From assembly GCA_001800605.1 (NCBI GenBank), contig MGVS01000068.1:14028-78027 (forward strand): 64,000 nucleotides of DNA. Reading direction: 5' to 3'. Under the pieces are notes generated by a model that worked only from the letters and a program-made list of their open reading frames with translations, was not told the origin of the DNA and ran no database searches. A program made the translations under genes and the position numbers. Of the stretch, positions 1 to 9,658 are shown one piece after another (within the stretch, counting starts at the first letter, position 1; each line of letters starts with the position of its first letter). The stretch comes from Elusimicrobia bacterium RIFOXYD2_FULL_34_15. Lineage in GTDB: Bacteria > Elusimicrobiota > UBA8919.

Positions 1-108
1 CTTAAAGAAAAAGAAACAATAACACCGGAAGAAAAGAAAACGATAATTTCAAAAGCAGAATCTATTTCCAAAGATTCTTTGGTATCACCTGTAAGTTTTA
101 AAATATGA
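1..108 (+). CDS. 3' end of an unidentified upstream gene (partial; frame 1 reads ...LKEKETITPEEKKTIISKAESISKDSLVSPVSFKI then stop)
   Basis: Open frame running from the window edge to TGA at 106-108. Too short to assign a family. Confidence 0.25.
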   Translation, partial: LKEKETITPEEKKTIISKAESISKDSLVSPVSFKI

Positions 109-223
109 TAATTTTTAAAAATTATAAAAAAGTGAAGCTTACTGCTTTGTTCGGTTTTAGACGAGCAATTTAACTTATTTCTGTACCTCAAACAAAAAAT
201 TTTCTTTTAAAGCAAAAAAATGC

Positions 224-252
224 TTGACAATTAATGAATTATTCTTTATAAT
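224..252 (+). promoter_or_regulatory. Near-consensus sigma70 promoter upstream of pilM (TTGACA 224-229, 17-nt spacer, TATAAT 247-252)
   Basis: Exact -35 and -10 hexamers with a 17-nt spacer. The -10 ends 9 nt before the pilM ATG at 262, which implies a leaderless or near-leaderless transcript. Confidence 0.6.
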
Positions 253-261
253 TTTCTCATC

Positions 262-1422
262 ATGCAAACGACAGCGCAATTAAAAGGTATTACTGAAAAA
301 TTTAAAAACGTAAAACTTCCTTTCGGAAAACCAAAAGAAGTTGTTGCAGTTGATATTGGAAGTCATTCAGTTAAAATTGTTCAATTAAAACATACCGGTG
401 AAAAGTGGACGCTTGAAAAATATGCTTCCGCAATAGCCACTAGTCTCGATTCCGCTGAAGTAACACCTCTAGAAAGAAAACAAGTTGCTATTAACGCTAT
501 TAAAAAGTTACTTTCAGAAAATAAAATCTCAGCAAAAGACGCAGTAACTTCTGTCTCCGGTAATTCAGTTATTGTAAGATATGTAAAATTTCCAAAGCTC
601 ACACCGGAACAACTTTCAAAAACAATCCAATTTGAAGCAGAACCATTCATTCCTTTTCCAATTCAAGACGTAAACATCAGTTTCCAGATACTAGGCGACG
701 TAACAGAAGAAGGTTCGCAAAAAATGGAAACCATTTTAGTTGCAGCCAAAAAAGAAATAATACAAAATAAACTTGACATATTAATGGAAGCAGGTTTAAT
801 ACCTGTGGTTGTTGATGTCGATTCATTCGCACTTGAAAATGCAATATCAATAAATGCAACTGAAGAAGAAATAAAACAGGTATATTTAATAATAAATTGC
901 GGTATGTCTACAACAAATATAAGTATTGTTGAAGACGGCACTTCTCGCGTTGTAAGAGACGTGTTCACTGCTTCTTCGAGTTTCACAAAAGCAATTCAGA
1001 GAAATCTACAAGCTGACTGGAAACAATCAGAAGAAAAGAAATTTAAACATGGAATTCTTGTAACTCCTGAACAAAAAGAAGAAGCTCTCGCAAAAGGGAA
1101 TGATGAAGCGTTGCAAATTTCGACAATACTGATATCGGCCGTTAAAGAATTGGTTGCCGAATGCCAAAGATCTATTGATTTTTACCAAACGCAATCTGCT
1201 GCAGAAAAACCTGTAAACAAAATATATCTATGCGGCGGCGGTGCTCTACTTAAAGGTTTGGATAAATACATTGAGTCACAACTGCATTTACCTGTCGAAA
1301 TATTAAATCCTTTTGCAAAATTAACTGATAAAGCCGGCATTCCGGATGAAGAAATAAGGAAATTTTCACAGTATGCTGTTGCAGTAGGCCTGGCAACAAG
1401 AAGAAGAGGGGACGTAAAATAG
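262..1422 (+). CDS. pilM: Type IV pilus assembly ATPase-fold protein PilM
   Basis: 386 aa. N-terminal VVAVDIGSHSVKIV actin-like/FtsA-like fold typical of PilM. First gene of a pilMNOPQ order. Confidence 0.88.
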   Translation: MQTTAQLKGITEKFKNVKLPFGKPKEVVAVDIGSHSVKIVQLKHTGEKWTLEKYASAIATSLDSAEVTPLERKQVAINAIKKLLSENKISAKDAVTSVSGNSVIVRYVKFPKLTPEQLSKTIQFEAEPFIPFPIQDVNISFQILGDVTEEGSQKMETILVAAKKEIIQNKLDILMEAGLIPVVVDVDSFALENAISINATEEEIKQVYLIINCGMSTTNISIVEDGTSRVVRDVFTASSSFTKAIQRNLQADWKQSEEKKFKHGILVTPEQKEEALAKGNDEALQISTILISAVKELVAECQRSIDFYQTQSAAEKPVNKIYLCGGGALLKGLDKYIESQLHLPVEILNPFAKLTDKAGIPDEEIRKFSQYAVAVGLATRRRGDVK

Positions 1423-1429
1423 AATAAAT

Positions 1430-1993
1430 ATGACTAAAATAAACCTTATACCTAAGGAATCTATTATAAAAGAAAGCCATCCTGAGATGACTGCTCTTTT
1501 GTTAACTATAATTTCTTTATTAATTTTAGTTCTTGGTTATACATATATAGCCAAACTAACAAAGCGTTCCTCAATCAAAAAAGAAATTGTTGTTGTTGAT
1601 AGTGAATTAGCACAATTACAAACAGTAATAGATCAAATAGCCCGTATAAAAGCACAAAAAGATGCAATTAACGCAAAGAAAACTGCTCTTGAATCTTTGA
1701 ATAAATCACGATTAGTATATCCTATATTTATGGAAGATCTGGTAAAAATATTACCACCTGGAATGTGGCTTTTAAATTTAAATACAAAATCAGTTGAATC
1801 TATTATGCAAATTAATTTTAATGCATCTGCTTATGATAACTATATAATAGCTGATCTGCTTCAAGCTCTAGAAAATTCAAACAAATTTAATAGTCCGGAA
1901 ATTAGCGGAATAACAACTTCAGTTTCAGCTGATAGAGGAATAATAAAACAATTTTCTATAACGGTAAATTACATAAATCAGGAGTGGAAATAA
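1430..1993 (+). CDS. pilN: Type IV pilus inner-membrane assembly protein PilN
   Basis: 187 aa. Single N-terminal TM helix followed by a coiled-coil and periplasmic domain. Position between pilM and pilO. Confidence 0.8.
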   Translation: MTKINLIPKESIIKESHPEMTALLLTIISLLILVLGYTYIAKLTKRSSIKKEIVVVDSELAQLQTVIDQIARIKAQKDAINAKKTALESLNKSRLVYPIFMEDLVKILPPGMWLLNLNTKSVESIMQINFNASAYDNYIIADLLQALENSNKFNSPEISGITTSVSADRGIIKQFSITVNYINQEWK

Positions 1994-1999
1994 TATAAT

Positions 2000-2542
2000 A
2001 TGAAAAAACTAACCAACCAGGAAAAAGGTGCTCTACTAATTATAACTGTTGTTGGTTTATGGGCGTATTGGAAATATCTCTATTCACCAATAACACGTGA
2101 AATTACAGGTTTGCAGAGTGAGTTATCGGAAAAGCAAGCAAAACTTGAGGCAACCCGTCAGGCGGCACAAGAACTAGAAGTTTTACAGGCAGAATTCAAA
2201 ATAATAGAGATAGAAGCAAGAGAAATGGAAAAGAAACTACCAAAATCTAAGGATTTGCCAAAATTAATAAGAGATATAACAAGAGCGATGGAAAGGCATA
2301 GAATTAACGCTCAATCATTCACTCCTTCAAAAGAAATACAAAAAACTTATTTTTCTGAGATCCCAATAACACTAGCTGCAAGTTGTAATTATCATAACCT
2401 TGCTAATTTTATAGCTGATATCGGGCAATTTGAAAGAATAATTAATACATTTGATGTTGTTATGACTCCAAAACAAGCTACAAAAGAATCGCCAGATTCA
2501 TTAACAGTAAATTTTAGGCTTGCAACATACATGGCAAAATAA
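2000..2542 (+). CDS. pilO: Type IV pilus assembly protein PilO
   Basis: 180 aa. N-terminal TM helix, coiled coil and PilO-like C-terminal domain. Synteny. Confidence 0.78.
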   Translation: MKKLTNQEKGALLIITVVGLWAYWKYLYSPITREITGLQSELSEKQAKLEATRQAAQELEVLQAEFKIIEIEAREMEKKLPKSKDLPKLIRDITRAMERHRINAQSFTPSKEIQKTYFSEIPITLAASCNYHNLANFIADIGQFERIINTFDVVMTPKQATKESPDSLTVNFRLATYMAK

Positions 2543-2548
2543 AATATT

Positions 2549-3073
2549 ATGAAAATAAATAATAAAATTTGTTTATTACTAAATTTTTTGTTCCTAACTT
2601 CGTTGATAGTTAATTTCGGATGTAGTAAGAAAAAAGCTACGGATGATGCTCAGCAGGTTACTGCTCCCCGTCCAAAACCAAAAATTCCGGAATATGTCCC
2701 ACCGGTTCCTCCACGCAAATATATTTACAAAGGTGCTGCTTATCGTGACCCTTTGTTACCAGGCGGTGGCGGTATGGCTTATTCAGCTTTGGCTGAAAGT
2801 GGCGAAGGTACCGAAACGTTCACAAGTGAAAAATTAGCTACATTGCAATTAAAAGGAATATTTAGAGATAAGAATTCCAGACAAGCAATAGCCATGATAG
2901 GTGATTCTTCCGGTGGATCCTATATGTTAAAGGAAGGAAAACTCTATAATAGAAGAAACAAAATAGTTAATGACGTATCCGGTGTTGTAGGACAAAAATC
3001 AATTACTCTCATTTGTAATGATATTAAAGTTGAATTATCTTTGAAAAAATCTGAGGAGGAAAAAGAAAAATGA
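2549..3073 (+). CDS. pilP: Type IV pilus assembly lipoprotein PilP
   Basis: 174 aa. Lipoprotein signal (LIVNFGCSKKK), Pro-rich linker and C-terminal beta domain. Immediately precedes the secretin. Confidence 0.72.
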   Translation: MKINNKICLLLNFLFLTSLIVNFGCSKKKATDDAQQVTAPRPKPKIPEYVPPVPPRKYIYKGAAYRDPLLPGGGGMAYSALAESGEGTETFTSEKLATLQLKGIFRDKNSRQAIAMIGDSSGGSYMLKEGKLYNRRNKIVNDVSGVVGQKSITLICNDIKVELSLKKSEEEKEK

Positions 3074-4809
3074 AAATTAAATTATCTGAAATCCCTAAAA
3101 AGGTTCGTTTTACCTGTGCAACTTTTTCAATGATGTTTGTACTAATCTCATGCAGTATAGCTTCACAACTAACAGATATAATAACAAAATCGGAACCGAA
3201 TAGTGACTCTATCTCTATCATAGTTTCATCGAAAACAAAATTCAACGTTTATAGAATACAGGAACCCAATAGAATAGTAATTGAACTATCAAGTTGCGAA
3301 TATGTATCAGACAAAAAAGATTTGCAAGTAAATTCGCAATTCATTAAATCAATACGCGGCGGACAATATACAGACGCTCCTGTAAAAAAATCAAGAATAA
3401 TTGTTGATTTAAGTAAACCTGCAAAATATTCTTCAAAAGCAACTGCCACAGAAATAACAATTGATTTAACCGCAAAAGTTACTAATTCGAAAACAGCTAC
3501 ACCAAAAGCTAAAAAGGTTGAAACAGCAAAAACTGATCCAGCTCCTGGAAATACACCAGTGGACGGCCAAAAACCTGCTGCAAAAAAAGTAATCAAAGAG
3601 AAAACATTGCCTATTAAAAAAATAGTGCAAAAACCTATTAAACACGGTGAACTTCCAAAAGATATTGTAACTTTAGATTTTAATAATGCTGATATTAAAG
3701 ATGTATTTCAAATACTTGCAATAAAAACCGGAATGAATATAATTTATAGCGATGATGTTTCTGGAAATTTGACTATTCATCTCGAAAATGTCCCTTTCAA
3801 TGAAGCAATGAATCTTATTCTTCAAATGCAAGGCTTAATACTTCAGCAGGTTGGATCTAATGTAATTCGTATAATGACACCTGCGACTTTAGCCAAAGAA
3901 CGTGCAGATGCCATTCAGGTTTCACAAGTATTCCGTTTAAATTATTCAAAAGCTGTTGATATTAGCGGTAAAATTTCATCTATAATGAGTGCTGAAGGGC
4001 AAAAAGTAAGTTTACAAACTGATGAAAGAACAAATAGTATCATAGTTACCTCAACTCCTGAAGGCATTCAGGCTGCATTATCTTTAATGAACAAATTAGA
4101 TGTTAAACCTGAACAGGTAGTAATTGAAGCAAAAATTGTGGAAATATCAATAGGCGATACAAAAGATATTGGTATCGACTGGTCTTTAACGCGAGATATA
4201 ATGAATAATTCAAATTCAAGAATATCTGAAAATGCTCAGTCGCAAACACCCTCACAATCACAAGTTGGTTCTTTTACATTTGGATATTTGCGTAGTGATA
4301 TAGAACTCACGGCACGTCTTGCTGCAGCACAATCCAAGGGAAGAGCTAAAATATTATCACAACCCAGAATTGCTACTCTTAATAATATGTTGGCAAAAAT
4401 CGTTGTAGGCGGGCAGATACCATATACACAAACAAGTATTGGCTCTGGAGGCGTTTCGACTACGTCAACTGCTTTCATGACAGTTGGAATTCAGCTTGAA
4501 GTTACACCTACAATAAATGTTGATGGAAGAATAACAATGTTAGTAAGACCGAATGTATCCAATGTAACAAGGATTTCCGCTATAGGACCTGAAACAACTA
4601 CCAAAGAAGCAGAAACTACTGTACTAGTCAAAAACGGAGAGACTATAGTAATTGGCGGATTAATAACTAATAATGAAAGAAAAGATGCATCTCAAATACC
4701 ATTACTTGGCGATGTACCAATTTTAGGCCAATTCTTCAAGAGTTATCATGATGATAAACAAAATACTGAACTTATTATATTTGTAACCCCTTACATAATG
4801 AAAGACTAA
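3070..4809 (+). CDS. pilQ: Type IV pilus secretin PilQ (AMIN + N0/N1 + secretin domains)
   Basis: 579 aa. N-terminal AMIN-like region and a Lys/Pro-rich linker. C-terminal secretin signature (VVIGGLITNNERKDASQIPLLGDVPILGQFF). Confidence 0.9.
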   Translation: MKIKLSEIPKKVRFTCATFSMMFVLISCSIASQLTDIITKSEPNSDSISIIVSSKTKFNVYRIQEPNRIVIELSSCEYVSDKKDLQVNSQFIKSIRGGQYTDAPVKKSRIIVDLSKPAKYSSKATATEITIDLTAKVTNSKTATPKAKKVETAKTDPAPGNTPVDGQKPAAKKVIKEKTLPIKKIVQKPIKHGELPKDIVTLDFNNADIKDVFQILAIKTGMNIIYSDDVSGNLTIHLENVPFNEAMNLILQMQGLILQQVGSNVIRIMTPATLAKERADAIQVSQVFRLNYSKAVDISGKISSIMSAEGQKVSLQTDERTNSIIVTSTPEGIQAALSLMNKLDVKPEQVVIEAKIVEISIGDTKDIGIDWSLTRDIMNNSNSRISENAQSQTPSQSQVGSFTFGYLRSDIELTARLAAAQSKGRAKILSQPRIATLNNMLAKIVVGGQIPYTQTSIGSGGVSTTSTAFMTVGIQLEVTPTINVDGRITMLVRPNVSNVTRISAIGPETTTKEAETTVLVKNGETIVIGGLITNNERKDASQIPLLGDVPILGQFFKSYHDDKQNTELIIFVTPYIMKD

Positions 4810-4823
4810 CTTCAGGAGGAAAT

Positions 4824-5708
4824 ATGATAATCAAAAAGGAAATAACTAAAATGAAAAAATTATTGTTAATTGTTGTTTTATCTGTATTTGTTCTTATTCC
4901 TACTTTTACATTTTCTGAAGTTTTTGTTGAACCCTATGTTGGTTATAATTCATTCCAAAAAATCAATGCTCTAAATAATTTGATAGAAAATTATACATTT
5001 TTTGCTAATCCTCCTGCTACATTTTCAATAATTAAAGGCGGATGGGATTTTGGAGCAAAATTAGGAATTGAAATAACAAAACAGAAAAATTTGTTCCTTA
5101 CTGGAAAAATGTCATATCTTGATGCAGAAACAGATATGAGATATTTACAGCAAGTTAATGTTCCTGTAAACCAAGGAACACTGAATTGGTTTTTGGGTTA
5201 TCCTGACAATTTCAAAGTAAGTCTTTTGACAGGGCAAGTAGGTCTTCGGATTACACCTTATCAAACAAAGAAAGCTTCAGTTGGTTTTGATGTATCCGGT
5301 GGTCCTGCATCAGGTGAAGTAACAGTTGATGGAACCGGACTATTTTTCAATGGAACAAGTTCATTTACTTATACATTTGATAGTCCTTATAAAAAAACAT
5401 CAAGCGTATTTGAAGTTTCTGTTATATTTGAACTTAAACCATTTACCGCATCTTATGATAAACCAGATGATTTAACAAGCGGCGAACTATTCCCGGTAAA
5501 GGAAACAACTTTAACGCTAGCCATTGGAAGCAGATTTGCTAATATCGGAGATCTGAAATCTACCAAAAATATAGATTTAAACAGTGATGGAGTAATTGAT
5601 ATTCCTAAAGGTACTACGTTGAAAAATACTCTAATTAATCTTGGTGATCCTTTAAAATTGGATCTATCATCGTTATTTTTTAATGTCGGAGTTAATGTTA
5701 AGTTTTAA
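4824..5708 (+). CDS. Secreted/outer-membrane beta-barrel-like hypothetical protein (C-terminal Phe)
   Basis: 294 aa. Signal peptide MKKLLLIVVLSVFVLIPTFTFS, beta-rich composition, terminal ...NVKF aromatic residue typical of OMPs. Confidence 0.4.
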   Translation: MIIKKEITKMKKLLLIVVLSVFVLIPTFTFSEVFVEPYVGYNSFQKINALNNLIENYTFFANPPATFSIIKGGWDFGAKLGIEITKQKNLFLTGKMSYLDAETDMRYLQQVNVPVNQGTLNWFLGYPDNFKVSLLTGQVGLRITPYQTKKASVGFDVSGGPASGEVTVDGTGLFFNGTSSFTYTFDSPYKKTSSVFEVSVIFELKPFTASYDKPDDLTSGELFPVKETTLTLAIGSRFANIGDLKSTKNIDLNSDGVIDIPKGTTLKNTLINLGDPLKLDLSSLFFNVGVNVKF

Positions 5709-6319
5709 TGCCTACTAACGAGGAAATCCTTACCTATATAAAACAAGGCGACTCATTTAAACAATCCGATAATTTAACCGCGGCTATATCTGAGTTTCAA
5801 AAAGCATTAAAAATAGCACCTGATAATGTAGAAGTACTCTATAAACTTGGCCAAATTTACGAAATCAAAGGTGACCAGGAAGAAGAATCTGCATTTTATG
5901 TTCTTTCTCAACATGCATATGAAAAAGTAGTCACAAAAGATCCAAATAATGCTGAAGCGCATAATGCACTAATAACTCTCGGGGTCAAGCAAAACCGCAT
6001 TGATGAACTAATTAAATTATACAAGGAAAAACTTACCAAATATCCTGATAATAAGATAATAGCAGATTCAGTAAAAAAGTTAACAACAATATCTTTTGTA
6101 AGTATACCTCCCAGCTCTACAGATAGAGGCGACAGAAGGGGGTGTGCAAAGATTTTTCTTGATTATATTTTTCCTTTTATCGGAATAGTGCCATTGTTAC
6201 TCGGTACTATGATACCTAAAATAAAAATACTGCAGTCTCTAGGAATAATAATTTTACTAACCTACCTATTATATAAGTTTTCCACAGCAAAAAAATCAAG
6301 TAAACGTAAAAAGTGGTAA
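5708..6319 (+). CDS. TPR-repeat protein with C-terminal transmembrane anchor
   Basis: 203 aa. TPR-like N-terminus (ALKIAPDNVEVLYKLGQIY...) and two hydrophobic helices at the C-terminus. Confidence 0.5.
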   Translation: MPTNEEILTYIKQGDSFKQSDNLTAAISEFQKALKIAPDNVEVLYKLGQIYEIKGDQEEESAFYVLSQHAYEKVVTKDPNNAEAHNALITLGVKQNRIDELIKLYKEKLTKYPDNKIIADSVKKLTTISFVSIPPSSTDRGDRRGCAKIFLDYIFPFIGIVPLLLGTMIPKIKILQSLGIIILLTYLLYKFSTAKKSSKRKKW

Positions 6320-7779
6320 TTAATCTTTTTTTAACAATTATCCTAACAATCACACCATTATTTAGTGCTTCCTGGAATTTGTGGACACAAATAATAATTC
6401 ATATTTTATTATATCTTTGTCTGTTGCTCCTCATTTTAAAAAAAGAAATATCTATACCTTTTTATAAATATACAACTATACCTCTGCTTATTTTTGTGTT
6501 TTTCTGTTTTATATCTATCTTTACATCAGCTAATATTTATGAATCAAGAAATGGCTTTTTAAATATAATTGATTGTATAATAATTTATTTTCTTGCAAAA
6601 AACTCAGACGAAAAAACAATATTAACATCGATTCTTATTAGTGGTTCTATCTTATCACTCTACGCCATCTATCAAAGAATATTCATTAGTAATTACATTC
6701 CATCTTTAATGGTTAATCCTAACATTTTTGCCGGTTATCTAGTAGGTATTATATGCTTAACATTTAGTCTATTTTTTAAAAACTTGAATAAACAACAATT
6801 TATAAAAAATATATTCTATTTATTATTATTTTTGCTTTTTATAACAGCACTTTTTCTAACAAATTCTATTGCTGCTTGGTTATCAGTTATTTTTGGAATC
6901 TATATATTTTTGTATTTAAATAATATAAAAATTTCTTCTAAATATCGATTAATAATAATTACTGTGTCAATTTCACTGTTGATTTATAAAATCATTGAAA
7001 AGGACTCTTATAATCGAGTTATTTGGTGGCTATCAGCATTCAAAATGATATGGAAAAACCCTCTTTCCGGTGTAGGACTATCTGCATTTGGAGATGCATA
7101 CCAGAAATATAAAATAAGCGGCCTCAATTCAATCTATGCTCATAATTATTACTTGCAAATCGCTGCTGAAATAGGTATATTCGGGTTTTTTTCACTTATT
7201 TATTTTTTTAAAAAAATATTTTCAGAAATTAAAACAAACGATACTATACCATTTTTTATTGCAATTGGTGCGATGTTATTTCACGGGATTTTTGATTATT
7301 CATTAGCTATTCCGGCAAACGCTATTCTTTTTTGGACATTTGCAGGATTTACATCAAAAAATGAAGAAAAATATATTTTTAAAATTAAGGGGAATAAAAG
7401 AACAATTATTAATTGGTTAACTGTTTTCTTAATTTCATTGGGTGTTTATTCTTCGATAAATATTTTTTTAGGCAGCAGAGAAATGGCCCGAGGCAAATAT
7501 TTTCTGGATGAAAAAAACCTTGATATAGCTCAAGAACATATTGAAAAATCCTTAAACTTCGATAAATACAATCCGCAAACCTATCTTTATTTATCGGATA
7601 TATATCAACAGCTTTTTAAAATTACAAAATATCAATCATATTTGTATGAATCAGAAATTGAGCTTGAAAAAGCTTCAAAATTGCAAAAATATAACTCAAA
7701 AGTATATTTTGACACATATCTTAATAATGAAAGAAAAGACCTTAAAACAGCGTTATATGGGCTTAAAAAAGGCTTATGA
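6313..7779 (+). CDS. O-antigen ligase-like (Wzy_C/WaaL family) polytopic membrane protein with C-terminal TPR domain
   Basis: 488 aa. Many TM helices. The periplasmic-loop motif YAHNYYLQIAAEIGIFG is diagnostic of the Wzy_C/O-antigen ligase family. The soluble C-terminal tail is TPR-like. Confidence 0.72.
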   Translation: MVINLFLTIILTITPLFSASWNLWTQIIIHILLYLCLLLLILKKEISIPFYKYTTIPLLIFVFFCFISIFTSANIYESRNGFLNIIDCIIIYFLAKNSDEKTILTSILISGSILSLYAIYQRIFISNYIPSLMVNPNIFAGYLVGIICLTFSLFFKNLNKQQFIKNIFYLLLFLLFITALFLTNSIAAWLSVIFGIYIFLYLNNIKISSKYRLIIITVSISLLIYKIIEKDSYNRVIWWLSAFKMIWKNPLSGVGLSAFGDAYQKYKISGLNSIYAHNYYLQIAAEIGIFGFFSLIYFFKKIFSEIKTNDTIPFFIAIGAMLFHGIFDYSLAIPANAILFWTFAGFTSKNEEKYIFKIKGNKRTIINWLTVFLISLGVYSSINIFLGSREMARGKYFLDEKNLDIAQEHIEKSLNFDKYNPQTYLYLSDIYQQLFKITKYQSYLYESEIELEKASKLQKYNSKVYFDTYLNNERKDLKTALYGLKKGL

Positions 7780-7831
7780 ATCATCACCCAAATCTTTATA
7801 CCCCATTAGAGATTAGTTTATAAACTTATCT

Positions 7832-9562
7832 ATGAAATATAAAATAAATATAGAGATAATTAGATATTTGTTGTTATTTATATTAGTATCTGCACCATTT
7901 TTTAACGGTTTAAAAGATCCTGTTCCTCTTTTTGTATTTGAAACATTAGTTTTCATCTTGTCTTTTATTTTTATGTATTTTTTCAAAGTTAAAAAAACAG
8001 CTTTAGATTTACCGATTACTTTATTCTTTACTTTTTTGGCAATTTCCACTTCAACTTCGGTTTACTTTAATGCTTCCCTGAATACTATGTTAATGCTTCT
8101 ATCTTTCGTATTTCTCTTTTATGTAACTATATCAGTCTATGATGATAAATTTAAAAAATATTTTTATTATTGTTTTATATCCGTTTCTTTTATCATTTCA
8201 ATAATAATTATGGTACAGAGTTTTTTATCATATATCCCTAAGGCAACTTTGCCTAATCCAAATTTAGCAGCTGGGTATATTGCATGTGCATCAACAATTA
8301 TATTCTCATATACTATTTCTAATAAAATTTCAATCAAATTTAAAATTCTTAATGTTATTTTTTTTCTATTTCTTTGTTTTTCAATAATATTAACACATTC
8401 ACGTGGTGGCTTTTTTGCTTTAATCTGTGGAATATCATTTAATATTATATTGAAATTTAAAAAATGGGGAATTATATTAACGATTTTTACAGCTTTATTT
8501 ACATTTGTTATTTTACCTGCAAATTTTGTAAAAAATATAGCTAAAATTGATACTGGAGATACTTATTCATTAAAAAGAAGTGAAATTTGGAAATCAGCTA
8601 TAAAAATAATCATTGAAAAACCGTTTTTTGGCACCGGGCCCGGTAATTTTGAACTTTTGTTTTTCAAATATAATTTTCCTGTCGATAATGGAATTTCACG
8701 CTTCGGTAAACATACAAGATTTGCCCATAATGAATTTTTGCAAATTGCTGCTGAAAGCGGTATTTTCTCACTTTTTGCATTTATTTTCGTAATATTTATA
8801 ATATTTAAAAATATGAAAGGCAATCCAGTTTTCACGTCTGCTTTGATCGCAATCATTTCACATTCACTGGTAGACTTTAATCTTCACTTACCTGCAATTA
8901 CTATAATTGCTATATTTCTAACAGCTGATATTCTTTATAAAATAGAATATAACGATAATAACATTAATTCTAAATATTTAAAAATATTTTTGTTAATAAT
9001 CATAGTATTTAATTCAATAAATTTCTTTTTTAAACCTTTTGACTCTGTAAAATACAAGAAAACTGCAGATAAACTTATCGATAGATATCCTGAAAAAAGT
9101 CTCGAACTTTATAAAAAAGTAATTGAATTTTCACCTGACGATTTTGAATACAGAAGAATAATCGGTGAATTGTTTTATTCCAATAATAATAAATTACAAG
9201 CAATTGAGAACTTAAACATATCTATAAAACTTAATCCAAACAGTCCGTTTGCCATAACTTCACTTGCAAATATTTATTTTAATTTAAAAGAGTTTAACAA
9301 AGCCGAACCTTATTTTTTGAGAGCTTTGGAAATTGAACCCAACTATCTTCTTCCAAGATATTTTCTGGCAAAAATAGATGAAAGAAGGGGCAAAATTGAT
9401 TCTGCTACAAACGAATATAAAAATATAATTCTGACATATAATTATTTCAAAAATAATTATATGTCATTTTCAGGTTATGAGAAATTGCTGTTTTATATTG
9501 ATATTTCTTCTGTAAATAATTCTTTAAAATCAATTTCAGAATCTAAAGGCAAAACCCGTTAG
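7832..9562 (+). CDS. O-antigen ligase-like (Wzy_C family) membrane protein with C-terminal TPR repeats (paralog)
   Basis: 576 aa. Motifs HSRGG and FAHNEFLQIAAESGIFS (Wzy_C). C-terminal TPR repeats (NLNISIKLNPNSPFAITSLANIYFNLKEFNKAEPYFLRALEIEPN). Confidence 0.72.
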   Translation: MKYKINIEIIRYLLLFILVSAPFFNGLKDPVPLFVFETLVFILSFIFMYFFKVKKTALDLPITLFFTFLAISTSTSVYFNASLNTMLMLLSFVFLFYVTISVYDDKFKKYFYYCFISVSFIISIIIMVQSFLSYIPKATLPNPNLAAGYIACASTIIFSYTISNKISIKFKILNVIFFLFLCFSIILTHSRGGFFALICGISFNIILKFKKWGIILTIFTALFTFVILPANFVKNIAKIDTGDTYSLKRSEIWKSAIKIIIEKPFFGTGPGNFELLFFKYNFPVDNGISRFGKHTRFAHNEFLQIAAESGIFSLFAFIFVIFIIFKNMKGNPVFTSALIAIISHSLVDFNLHLPAITIIAIFLTADILYKIEYNDNNINSKYLKIFLLIIIVFNSINFFFKPFDSVKYKKTADKLIDRYPEKSLELYKKVIEFSPDDFEYRRIIGELFYSNNNKLQAIENLNISIKLNPNSPFAITSLANIYFNLKEFNKAEPYFLRALEIEPNYLLPRYFLAKIDERRGKIDSATNEYKNIILTYNYFKNNYMSFSGYEKLLFYIDISSVNNSLKSISESKGKTR

Positions 9563-9658
9563 AGATTAGTTTATAATATGAATACAGATATTTTTTAGTA
9601 TCACTGAAGCCGTAGGAAATGCTTCCTATCTCCTACGGGGTATATTCAAAAAGTACTT

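Noticed and set aside
381-986. Minus-strand ORFs (381..650, 663..986, 677..859) inside pilM
   Set aside because: They lie entirely within a well-supported + strand gene, have low-complexity hydrophobic translations and no recognisable motifs. They are antisense artefacts of the AT-rich coding sequence. The same applies to all other minus-strand ORFs in the track, which are 60-180 aa and embedded in + strand genes.
2643-2837. + strand 64-aa ORF in an alternative frame inside pilP, and similar alternative-frame ORFs at 9781..10002, 53820..54038 and 58527..58748
   Set aside because: They overlap better-supported genes in another frame and show no homology signal.
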